From contig JBAXJR010000034.1 of NCBI GenBank assembly GCA_037137755.1, forward strand, positions 1 through 24,964: a stretch of DNA of 24,964 nt. The letters are read 5' to 3'. Under the pieces are notes generated by a model. It saw only the letters and a list, made by a program, of their open reading frames with translations. It was not told where the DNA came from and searched no databases. The first letter of the stretch is position 1; each line of letters opens with the position of its first letter. The DNA is from Methanomicrobiales archaeon. GTDB lineage: Archaea; Halobacteriota; Methanomicrobia; Methanomicrobiales; Methanospirillaceae. Of the stretch, positions 8,864-16,762 are shown piece after piece. A program made the position numbers and the translations under genes.

Positions 8864-9628
8864 CTAACCGGTGACCGGCGAAACAAATGAGGACCACTTA
8901 GCCCTCCCATTAATCGCAAACACTCCACCAGCCCCGATCTGCTCGTGCACTGCGTGAACATACCCGAGAGCTGAAGTATTCCCGATGCCGGTTAAGGATC
9001 GTGAACCCGCAGAGAACTGGCCCGAACCGTGACCGGTGGCCTCCATGTTCATCAGCATACTATCCGGTTGCCCGGTGTCACCCTGGCTGATGCCACCAGC
9101 TGAACGATAATTCAAAGCATCCGTCATGAACATCGTTGAAGCCCCTGCGTATTCGCAATAGGCCTGACGGGTAAGGTTTGCTCCCTCTGCATCGAGTGAG
9201 TCAGATCCGCAAGTAACACCTGCAGAAGGTGAACCACAGCTATCGACCATCAACGACTCCGAGAGGATCCCGGGCCCCTGGCTGTCCACCTGCTGACCTG
9301 TCGAGAACTCGAGTATTTCGTTGGTTGAAAGGCCCCGGTTACTCTCCATGGTCCCGGGTCCGGATACCAGGACGGATCCCGAATATCCTCCCTGCAGGAC
9401 TTCCTGCCCGACCCCAAGCGGAGGAGTCTTCGAGAGGTCCCCGTCAGATGCAGCCCAGGTCCAGTCCGATGAGCTGGAAAGGTACGAATCTCCCGTTGCA
9501 TAGGTCTGCACCTCGAAACCGGCAGCCTGGGCCGGGGTAATCCCGGTGCAGGCCACGCCGAGCACAACAGCCGCAAATATGCAGCCGCCGATAACCAGCT
9601 TCCTCCGCTGGGAAAGTCGCTTGATCAT
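8864..9628 (-). CDS. Hypothetical secreted protein, Gly/Ser-rich (254 aa)
   Basis: Basic N-region, hydrophobic H-region and AQA|A signal-peptidase-like site. GGGGGTG RBS. ATGA overlap with the upstream gene at 9625-9628. Confidence 0.75.
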   Translation of the reverse strand: MIKRLSQRRKLVIGGCIFAAVVLGVACTGITPAQAAGFEVQTYATGDSYLSSSSDWTWAASDGDLSKTPPLGVGQEVLQGGYSGSVLVSGPGTMESNRGLSTNEILEFSTGQQVDSQGPGILSESLMVDSCGSPSAGVTCGSDSLDAEGANLTRQAYCEYAGASTMFMTDALNYRSAGGISQGDTGQPDSMLMNMEATGHGSGQFSAGSRSLTGIGNTSALGYVHAVHEQIGAGGVFAINGRAKWSSFVSPVTG

Positions 9629-10026
9629 ATAGCCACCCCCTTCCCCGAGCCACCCGAGCCCTTGATCAGCCCGTACTCAATGTCATACCAGGCAGACGGG
9701 ACCGTAATCGTGTACGTGTCCAGCCGTTCGGCCTCGGCCTCTGCCACCTGCCGGAGCAGGCTTTCGCGCTCAACCGGTGAATGGTCAAACGTGAGCCATC
9801 GCTTCGTGCTGTCGGCCATCTTGTACGAACGGCCCTGCACCTCTGGAGGAGCAACGGTCACGGTGTCGTCGGTTGCATCAAAGTAACTCAGTACCTGATT
9901 GGTCGTTTGCTTTGCCTGCTGTGTTTCAGCGATCGCGCTTGTTGCCCTCCGGTGCTGGATATACGCAAACCCGGCGGTGGCGAATACAAAAAACAATTCA
10001 ATAACATTAGTTAATTCTGGATCCAT
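9625..10026 (-). CDS. Hypothetical protein with N-terminal membrane anchor (133 aa)
   Basis: Start at ATG 10026 (MDPELTNVIELFFVFATAGFAYIQHRR...) with GAGG upstream. One hydrophobic helix followed by basic residues. Overlaps both neighbours. Confidence 0.75.
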   Translation of the reverse strand: MDPELTNVIELFFVFATAGFAYIQHRRATSAIAETQQAKQTTNQVLSYFDATDDTVTVAPPEVQGRSYKMADSTKRWLTFDHSPVERESLLRQVAEAEAERLDTYTITVPSAWYDIEYGLIKGSGGSGKGVAI

Positions 10027-10180
10027 GATACGCCTCTTTTGATTTCTGGTGTTCTTCGCGAAGGGCCTCGAACTCTGCACAAATTACCTCGTATTTTCCG
10101 ATCCTTTCGTAGATCACAAAAAGCGAGGGGTACAGCGGGAGCACTACACCAAGAACAATAACGAGAAGTTCTACATCCAT
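10007..10180 (-). CDS. Small hypothetical membrane protein (57 aa)
   Basis: GAGGTG RBS 6 nt before ATG 10180. MDVELLVIVLGVVLPLYPSLFVIY is a TM helix, followed by a charged amphipathic tail. Overlaps the next gene by 20 nt. Confidence 0.65.
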   Translation of the reverse strand: MDVELLVIVLGVVLPLYPSLFVIYERIGKYEVICAEFEALREEHQKSKEAYHGSRIN

Positions 10181-10196
10181 CCCGGCCACCTCGAAG

Positions 10197-10258
10197 AAAA
10201 GGCAGGGGTCTGGTTAGTCCAAAGATAGAGAAGACTGGTCCTCTACCCCTGCCATTTT
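10197..10258 (-). terminator. Intra-operon stem-loop followed by a U-tract (partial terminator or stabiliser)
   Basis: Perfect 9-bp arms ggcaggggt (10201-10209) / acccctgcc (10245-10253) with inner agtc/gact pairing. On the minus strand the stem is directly followed by TTTTCTT. Confidence 0.6.
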
Positions 10259-10267
10259 CACACCTGC

Positions 10268-10774
10268 CTAAGCAAGTGCGGGCTTTGTGTTCGCCCAGGT
10301 GTTCACGCGAGCGACAATCGCATTATCCTCGTACGAGGAAATGGTGATGGCCTTTCTGGCGAATGTGACCGTATAGTCCTCGCCGTTCGCGTCGTGGCAG
10401 TTTAGTGAAATGGAATACCCTTCGGTTTCAGTGTCCTGGATGGGGTCCCCGCCGATTGCGGTCGCAAGTGCCGTGTTTCCGACAAGTGCGGTTGCAGCTG
10501 CGGAATAGCCTGCAACAGTTGATGCCTTTGCGGTCGCAGTACCCATGTTCTTCAGGGTTGTCGGGTTCTCATAGATCACACGGATGCCGAATGACTGTGT
10601 TCCACGGCTGGTCCCGGGGTGAGCCTCGCCGGCTACAACGTGGTCCACGCACTGGAATGCGTTGGTATCGATGACTCCCTGCACGAGGGTGTTCAGTGTC
10701 GCTACATCAGCGATCTTGGTCGTGATAACACGGACAGACCGCTTTACATTTGCCTTTTGGACAAAATCTGACAT
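10268..10774 (-). CDS. Hypothetical protein (168 aa), first gene of a four-gene operon
   Basis: Clean ATG-TAG ORF, Ala/Thr/Val-rich, no signal peptide. From memory it resembles an uncharacterised Methanomicrobiales family starting M(A/S)DFVQK and ending W-A-x-T-x-P-A-L-A; not verified by search. Confidence 0.85.
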   Translation of the reverse strand: MSDFVQKANVKRSVRVITTKIADVATLNTLVQGVIDTNAFQCVDHVVAGEAHPGTSRGTQSFGIRVIYENPTTLKNMGTATAKASTVAGYSAAATALVGNTALATAIGGDPIQDTETEGYSISLNCHDANGEDYTVTFARKAITISSYEDNAIVARVNTWANTKPALA

Positions 10775-10782
10775 GGTTTGGT

Positions 10783-10812
10783 AATTCCTGCCCGTTTGGG
10801 CAATCAGGAATT
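10783..10812. promoter_or_regulatory. Inverted repeat just upstream of the 168-aa gene (operator or 5'-UTR hairpin)
   Basis: aattcctg (10783-10790) / caggaatt (10805-10812), with inner ccc-gttt-ggg. It ends 8 nt before the ATG and covers the AGGA motif. Confidence 0.5.
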
Positions 10813-11015
10813 TTGGTTAAAAGGAAAAGAATAGTTAGATGGATGTCTGAACGGGCTTTCTTGCGGTGTAGGTTTGGGGATTTGAGGAGATTCTGGATTT
10901 TTCTGAATGAGGTTGGGGGTGGGGATGGGGTGATAAGAGGGCGCTTGTTGATAAAATTTGTTTCCAATGAGGATCGAACCTCTAGAATTTAAGAGCATTC
11001 GTAGTTCCTGTTCCA

Positions 11016-11195
11016 ATGCAGTTCGAAGACGAGAAGGAGAAGATCTTCGAACGAGGATACGGAAAGAACACTGGCCTTGGTTTAGCACTTTCGCGGGAGA
11101 TCCTTGATATCACCGGTATCACGATTACCGAGACTGGGGTGCCGGGCAAGGGGGCACGGTTCGAGATGTTAGTGACGAAAGGGGCATGGAGATAA
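11016..11195 (+). pseudogene. Orphan 3' fragment of a sensor histidine kinase (HATPase F/G2 region)
   Basis: Translates as MQFEDEKEKIFERGYGKNTGLGLALSREILDITGITITETGVPGKGARFEMLVTKGAWR*, clearly paralogous to the C-termini of the three full kinases in the window. No H-box or N-box upstream. Confidence 0.85.
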
Positions 11196-11292
11196 TTTTT
11201 TCCGGTCTTGGGGGTTACAGGACTATTATTTATTTATGGCCAACCATATTTTTTTTAAGGATTCAACTTTTAAAATTCTCCACAATCAGATC

Positions 11293-11374
11293 TGTATTAT
11301 TTAAAAATAATACATCAGTGATTTAATCGTTTCACCGAGCAGAAAAGATACGTATGGAGGGTTTTTAAAACCCT
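11293..11374. promoter_or_regulatory. Two palindromes upstream of the hybrid kinase
   Basis: tgtattattt-aa-aaataataca (11293-11314, 10-bp arms) and agggtttt-t-aaaaccct (11358-11374, 8-bp arms). Confidence 0.4.
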
Positions 11375-11418
11375 GAATAATTAAAACGCAAATTTCCTTT
11401 TAGCACGATACGTAAAGG

Positions 11419-11427
11419 TATGTAGTA
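11419..11427 (+). promoter_or_regulatory. Putative TATA-like element TATGTAGTA (also at 22639-22647; variant TATCTACTA at 16734-16742)
   Basis: The same motif begins 29, 30 and 29 nt before the ATGs of the three REC-kinase genes, each preceded by an A-rich stretch. Confidence 0.5.
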
Positions 11428-11447
11428 ACAGTATCCATTTGAGTTCG

Positions 11448-14354
11448 ATGTCTGCGGTTCTCCGGGTCCTCTATGTTGATGACGAACCCGGTCTGCTGGA
11501 TATTGGAAAACTCTTTCTCGAAGCAAAAGGGGAGTTTATCATCACCACGCTTTCTTCTGCGCGGGCGGCACTGGAGCTGCTAAACGCAGAGCGGTTTGAT
11601 GCAATTATCTCCGACTACCAGATGCCGGAAATGGATGGCATCCAGTTCCTTGACGAGGTACGGGCTAATTTTGGCTGGATCCCGTTTATCCTGTTCACCG
11701 GACGAGGGCGGGAAGAGGTAGTAATCCAGGCAATAAACCGTGGAGCGGACTTTTATATTCAAAAAGGTGGCGAACCACGTTCGCAGTTTGCCGAACTGGC
11801 CCATACGATCCGCCAGGCAATATCCCGGAAGAATGCAGAGGACTCCCTTCGTAACAGGGAAGAAGAATATCGGTTTTTAGTCGAACATTCAAATGAGGCA
11901 ATTATTGTAGCCCAGGATGGAATGGTCCGGTTATTCAACCACCGGATTGTGGAAATCACCGGCTATTCCGATCAGGAACTGCAGTCCATGCCGATATCCC
12001 TCCTTATTCACCCTGATGACCGTGCACCGGTGGTTGAGCGCTACCAGAAACGAATGAATGGAGAAGATACCCCCTCACAGTATAAGTTCCGGATGACTGG
12101 AAAGGAGGGACAGACAATCTGGGTAGAGATCAGTGTTATGAACATTGCCTGGGAAGGGCGTCCGGCAACGATAAATTTCCTGATCGATATAACCAGTCGC
12201 ATGCTTGCTCTGAAGGCGCTGCGGGAGAGCGAAGAACGTTTCCAGAGCTACATCAGCAATGCCCCTGACGGTATTTTTATCGCGGATGAAACAGGACGCT
12301 ACATCGAAACCAATCCCGCTGCCAGCAGGATAACCGGGTACGAAAAAGAAGAACTTTTGGCGATGCGAATTGCGGATTTGTTACCGCCAGAATCCCTTGA
12401 AGCGGGTGTTAGGAGCTTTCGGGATGTCGTTGAAACGGGCCACTCAATGTATGAACTTGCTTTCCGCCATAAGGATGGCTCTGATCGGTACTGGTCAGTT
12501 GAGGCAGTCAGGCTCCCTAACGCCACCTTAATGGGTTTTGTCAAGGATATCACGGAACGCAAACAAGCGGAAGATGAACTCCTGCTCACCAAAGCCCGGC
12601 TGGATTCAGCCATGGAGGTGGGAAAAATAGCCTGGTGGGAGATGGACTGCGTTAACGGTGCTGTATTTTTCAATGAACGGAAGGCCCGCATGCTCGATTA
12701 TCCGGCTGAACAGTTTTCTCACTATTCCGATTTTACCAGGCTTGTCCATCCCGATGATTATGAACCGATGATGCAGGGAATGCGTGACCATCTGACCGGA
12801 ATAAAAAAGATGTACGATGTCACGTACAGGATACGTAAACGGAACGGTAATTACCTGTGGACCCAGGATATCGGAGGAGTGTCCGAGTTTGCTCCTGATG
12901 GGACACCACTCAAAGTAACAGGATTTGTCATTGATGTAACAGCACGTAAACAGGTTGAAGAGGTGTTAAAAGAAAGCGAGCAGCGGTTCCATTCGATGTT
13001 TGACCGGCATAATTCCATCATGCTCCTGGTCGACCCTGAAACAGGGAATATTGCTGATGCAAACCAGGCAGCTGAACAGTTTTACGGAAGGTCAAAAACA
13101 GAACTCTGTGCACAGTCCATTACTGAGATCAACACCTTATCACCGGGGGAGATTGCTGCAGAAATGAATACGGCAGCACGGGAAAATAACAACTTTTTCA
13201 TCTTCCCGCACCGGATTGCAAGTGGTGAGATCCGGACCGTCGAAGTGCATTCTTCCCCGATTGAGGTTGGTGGAAAGACGGTCCTGTTCTCAATTATCAA
13301 TGATATCACCGGGCGTAAGCAGGTAGAGAAACAGATTAACGATGATTATAAGTTTCTGCAGACGTTAATCCAGACCATCCCCAACCCGGTCTTTTTTAAG
13401 GACCGGAATGGTTTGTATACGGGTTGTAACAAGGCTTTCGAAACCTTCCTTGGCAGTTCAAGCAGCGAGTTGATCGGGAAAACAGTTTATGAAACGGCCC
13501 CGAAAGATGTTGCTGATGAGTATTTCCGAATGGACGAGGAACTGTTCAATAATCCTGGAACCCAACAGTATGAGTCACGGATCATAATGAAAAGTGGCCA
13601 GATCCGCCATGTAATTTTCGATAAAGCTACCATTCTGGATATTAATGGAGAGGTCACCGGAATTATCGGGGTGGTATCTGATATCACTTCACGAAAAGAA
13701 GCTGAAATGCTAATTTCCCTGATGAATAAAAAGCTGGCTCTCCTATCCGGTATCACCCGGCACGACATCGGCAACCAGCTTTCGGTGATCCTGGGATACC
13801 TCGATATGTTGAAGAGTAAGCTGCACGATCCAGCTCTTAACGAGTATTTCAAGACCATATCCCGGTCAGCAAAACAGATCTCCAGGATGATCCAATTTGC
13901 GAAAGACTACGAGCTCATTGGTGTCCATGCCCCCACCTGGCAGGACTGCCGGACACTTGTAGAATCCGCCGCAAAGGAGTCCGCACTGGGAAATGTCGAA
14001 GTAAAGAACAATATTCCTGCCGGGGTGGAAGTTTTCGCGGACCCCCTGATAAGCAAGGTCTTCTATAACCTCGTGGATAACGCTGTCCGGTATGGTGGGA
14101 AGATCACTACGATCCAGTTTTTAATTGAGGAATCCGGCGGTGATAATGTGATCATATGTGAAGATGATGGGGAGGGTATACCGGCCGGAGAAAAAGAAAT
14201 GATCTTCATGCAAGGCTATGGAAAGCATACCGGGATTGGCCTGGCTTTTTCGCGGGATATCCTTTCGATTACTGGTACTACTATCTGCGAGACAGGTGAA
14301 CCAGGTAAGGGTGCCAGGTTCGAGATGGCGGTGCCGATGGGGATGTTCAGGTAA
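11448..14354 (+). CDS. Hybrid sensor histidine kinase: REC + 5 PAS + HisKA-like + HATPase
   Basis: REC (VLYVDDE, ISDYQMP, FTGRG), five PAS/PAC units ending in D(I/V)T, H-box ITRHDIGNQL, N-box YNLVDNAVRYG, CEDDGEGI, GKHTGIGL. ATG 11448 preferred to TTG 11439. Confidence 0.95.
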   Translation: MSAVLRVLYVDDEPGLLDIGKLFLEAKGEFIITTLSSARAALELLNAERFDAIISDYQMPEMDGIQFLDEVRANFGWIPFILFTGRGREEVVIQAINRGADFYIQKGGEPRSQFAELAHTIRQAISRKNAEDSLRNREEEYRFLVEHSNEAIIVAQDGMVRLFNHRIVEITGYSDQELQSMPISLLIHPDDRAPVVERYQKRMNGEDTPSQYKFRMTGKEGQTIWVEISVMNIAWEGRPATINFLIDITSRMLALKALRESEERFQSYISNAPDGIFIADETGRYIETNPAASRITGYEKEELLAMRIADLLPPESLEAGVRSFRDVVETGHSMYELAFRHKDGSDRYWSVEAVRLPNATLMGFVKDITERKQAEDELLLTKARLDSAMEVGKIAWWEMDCVNGAVFFNERKARMLDYPAEQFSHYSDFTRLVHPDDYEPMMQGMRDHLTGIKKMYDVTYRIRKRNGNYLWTQDIGGVSEFAPDGTPLKVTGFVIDVTARKQVEEVLKESEQRFHSMFDRHNSIMLLVDPETGNIADANQAAEQFYGRSKTELCAQSITEINTLSPGEIAAEMNTAARENNNFFIFPHRIASGEIRTVEVHSSPIEVGGKTVLFSIINDITGRKQVEKQINDDYKFLQTLIQTIPNPVFFKDRNGLYTGCNKAFETFLGSSSSELIGKTVYETAPKDVADEYFRMDEELFNNPGTQQYESRIIMKSGQIRHVIFDKATILDINGEVTGIIGVVSDITSRKEAEMLISLMNKKLALLSGITRHDIGNQLSVILGYLDMLKSKLHDPALNEYFKTISRSAKQISRMIQFAKDYELIGVHAPTWQDCRTLVESAAKESALGNVEVKNNIPAGVEVFADPLISKVFYNLVDNAVRYGGKITTIQFLIEESGGDNVIICEDDGEGIPAGEKEMIFMQGYGKHTGIGLAFSRDILSITGTTICETGEPGKGARFEMAVPMGMFR

Positions 14355-14605
14355 TTTTTCACGGGTGTCTTTGCATAACATTCCAATACCCCTTCCAGGT
14401 TTTCCAGATTTTTTTACCGGGATTATCTCTTTCCGGTTCCCCGGTTTAACTATGAATGTTCACGCGATCAGTCATGTTTATGGGGGGAAATCCAAAAAAA
14501 TACAATATTCATAGAAATATTTTGCATCCGGCACAATGAATTAATAGTCTGACAGGCGTAATGGGATATCATACCTTTAAATTGCAGGTTATTTTTCAGG
14601 GGAAC

Positions 14606-14971
14606 ATGATGAAACAAGCTAAGATTTTTTTTGTGGAAGATGATGAAGTCCTTGTAAAAGTCATTGAATGGCGATTGGAGCAGCTCGGGCATATTGTCTG
14701 CGGTTATTCAACAAATGGTGCTGATGCCATCGAAAAGTTACAACATTTAAAGCCGGACCTTGTCCTCCTGGATATCGAATTAAAAGGTGGAATGGATGGC
14801 ATCGAAGTCGGAGAATTCCTGGCGGCGAATACCAGGGTCCCGTTTATCTACCTGACCTCGCACACCAATGATGAATTCCTTAAACGTGCAAAGAAAACCA
14901 GCCCGAAAGGATTTATTAAAAAGCCATTTGATGATGAGGGACTCAGGGTTGCTATTGAGCTTGCAATATGA
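14606..14971 (+). CDS. Single-domain response regulator (REC only)
   Basis: VEDD, LVLLDI (phospho-acceptor Asp), YLTS and KKPF are all conserved; no output domain. Start placed at the ATG-ATG at 14606/14609. Confidence 0.92.
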   Translation: MMKQAKIFFVEDDEVLVKVIEWRLEQLGHIVCGYSTNGADAIEKLQHLKPDLVLLDIELKGGMDGIEVGEFLAANTRVPFIYLTSHTNDEFLKRAKKTSPKGFIKKPFDDEGLRVAIELAI

Positions 14972-15201
14972 TTATTTTCAATTTCTCAAGGATCCACTGG
15001 TCCGAATACCTGATATCACAATTGTATTGTCTAGGTCTGTATATTTGTGCTCTCAATTCAGAGATTGATACCTCATGGTTGTATTACTGAACGGAGTTAT
15101 TGAGACATTCTTTACGATAATTCTAACTATCAAATGCCGGTAAATTTCCGCCGAAACAGGACTGCATTCCCGCCCCTATTTTATTTTCATAATTTGCGTT
15201 C

Positions 15202-15290
15202 TTTGCCCAACAAAGAAAGCCAGGTCGATGCCCGGGACCGGCCGGGTCCGCCCGGTTATCGACTTCGGGCCGGGCACCGAATATCACGAT
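15202..15290 (+). repeat. Degenerate copy of the segment at 22362-22453 (frameshifted gene remnant)
   Basis: Shared collinear blocks tttgcc, aaagaaag, gatgcccgggacc, tccgcccggttatcga, ggccgggc and gaatat. Confidence 0.75.
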
Positions 15291-15320
15291 TTCGAAGCTT
15301 CACCGGTCTGGATAAAAAAG

Positions 15321-16196
15321 TTAACTTTCACATCCTGGCCGGATAGCCTTCAAATATCCGGGGACCCCGGTTGAAACCACAATATCCGCTTCGGTAACCG
15401 ATGACCGGCCTGCCCGTTCGGCAGCCATTACACTCCACTTCACCAGGTGAATTCCTGCCCGCACATCCCCGGCCGGCTCGATGTGACTGACAAGAAATGA
15501 GAGCATTCCGGGGGGTATGACACCTGGGTGAAGCCCGGCCTGAATCCTGTCGTGGAGGATTTCCCTCATGTGCTTCTTTTGGTAGAGCGGGAAATTGATT
15601 TTGTCAGGTTTGAGGTCGGAAGTGAAACAGGAATCCAGGGCTAACCTCAGGTTAACCTCCATATCACTCGTCATAAGGAGGAATCCCACCTTCGCTTTCG
15701 GGTATTTCTTTGAAAGGCCGAGGAATGAGGAGAGAATGTCATCGAGGAGATGGTTCGGCAGGTGGTGGTCCGCATTGTCAAAACACGCAACAAGGACCGC
15801 CTCTCTTTGACTGATTGTCTTACCGATCAGTTCGATAAGCGGGCCTATCGTTTGCCCCTTGGGCACGGACTTTTGGATATGAAGTTCCTCGAATATCCTG
15901 GCGAAAACACCGAATTTTGATCCTTCCACATGGAAGTTGATGTATACCGGAATAATACCCTCATGAGACGCACCGATTTCAGAAAATATCCTGTTGATTG
16001 CGGTTGTCTTACCGGTCCCGGGCGGACCCCGGATCACCAGGTTAACCGGGCTGTTGCCTTGAAGTCCCGATTGTATCGCAGAAACAATTTTAGTGACCTG
16101 GGCCTCCCGGAACCGAAATATTTCCGGGATGAAATCCATTTCGAATACGTCACGGTCGAGGAACAGGGTCTCTTTCATTTCGAAGTATTTCTTCAT
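15321..16196 (-). CDS. cdc6: Cdc6/Orc1-family AAA+ ATPase paralogue, C-terminally truncated and degenerate
   Basis: 291 aa. LFLDRDVFEMDFIPE..FRE.Q N-terminus, Walker A GPPGTGKT, VYIN, altered Walker B (CFDNADH), FPLY, GDVRAGI sensor 2. It ends after the AAA lid with no winged-helix domain. Confidence 0.8.
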   Translation of the reverse strand: MKKYFEMKETLFLDRDVFEMDFIPEIFRFREAQVTKIVSAIQSGLQGNSPVNLVIRGPPGTGKTTAINRIFSEIGASHEGIIPVYINFHVEGSKFGVFARIFEELHIQKSVPKGQTIGPLIELIGKTISQREAVLVACFDNADHHLPNHLLDDILSSFLGLSKKYPKAKVGFLLMTSDMEVNLRLALDSCFTSDLKPDKINFPLYQKKHMREILHDRIQAGLHPGVIPPGMLSFLVSHIEPAGDVRAGIHLVKWSVMAAERAGRSSVTEADIVVSTGVPGYLKAIRPGCES

Positions 16197-16327
16197 TGGA
16201 TACGATTATATCACTCGTGCGGTATTAGAGCTGGAGCGTATATGGTGTGAAAGTGAAAGGGGTAATGCGGCACCTAAAAAAAAACAAGTTTCAACGTGGT
16301 TGCAATCCACAGTGAATACTATTAAAA

Positions 16328-16531
16328 TTAACTTCTGATTGGCTTTGGTTTAATAACCAAATTACAAGGATCGGATCCTGCAAGGTGTTTGTGAGTACCA
16401 CCCGAAACATGAGCATCACATTCGGCCAGATGTGGACATCGCGTACAATCCGATAAGATTTTGCTGGTCATGATATCATTTGATAGCCAATAACACGGAA
16501 CAGTCTGTATAATCCTTTTGTCAATTTGCAA
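16328..16531 (-). CDS. Possible small Cys/His-rich protein
   Basis: 67-aa ORF with C..CxxCPH...C pattern filling an intergenic gap. TTG start without a clear RBS. Confidence 0.3.
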   Translation of the reverse strand: MQIDKRIIQTVPCYWLSNDIMTSKILSDCTRCPHLAECDAHVSGGTHKHLAGSDPCNLVIKPKPIRS

Positions 16532-16762
16532 TTTTTGCGGTAACTTTAGGATGGTATCCCATCGTCGTTAACTCTCTTTTCATGAGTTCGCCAGGTTATC
16601 GACATCAGGCCGGGCGTATGAAGGACCTCGTTATTTCACCTTATTAGTATACAGTGCCTTGACCTTAGGCATTCGTGGCCCCGAAAAGAAAAACCTGGAA
16701 TGCGATGATGTCCGGGATCCCTGTACAAAAATGTATCTACTATTAGCCTACAAGGGAAGTTC

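Noticed and set aside
8864-10774. Complete provirus
   Set aside because: No integrase, terminase, portal or recognisable capsid gene in the window; a viral origin remains only a hypothesis.
11021-11052. 9-bp inverted repeat gttcgaaga/tcttcgaac at the kinase-fragment junction as a recombination site
   Set aside because: Both arms are largely explained by kinase coding sequence (ED and IFE codons), and there is no counterpart at the other fragment junction.
11016-11195. Functional 59-aa stand-alone protein
   Set aside because: It covers only the end of the HATPase fold with no RBS, so it is treated as a remnant; expression cannot be excluded.
14390-14450. Repeated ttcc(a/g)g-like units after the kinase stop
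   Set aside because: Short, irregular and low-complexity; not a CRISPR or iteron array.
16197-16330. Replication origin (ORB elements) next to the cdc6 paralogue
   Set aside because: Only one poor partial match (gtttcaacgtgg), no repeated ORBs, and the protein lacks its DNA-binding domain.
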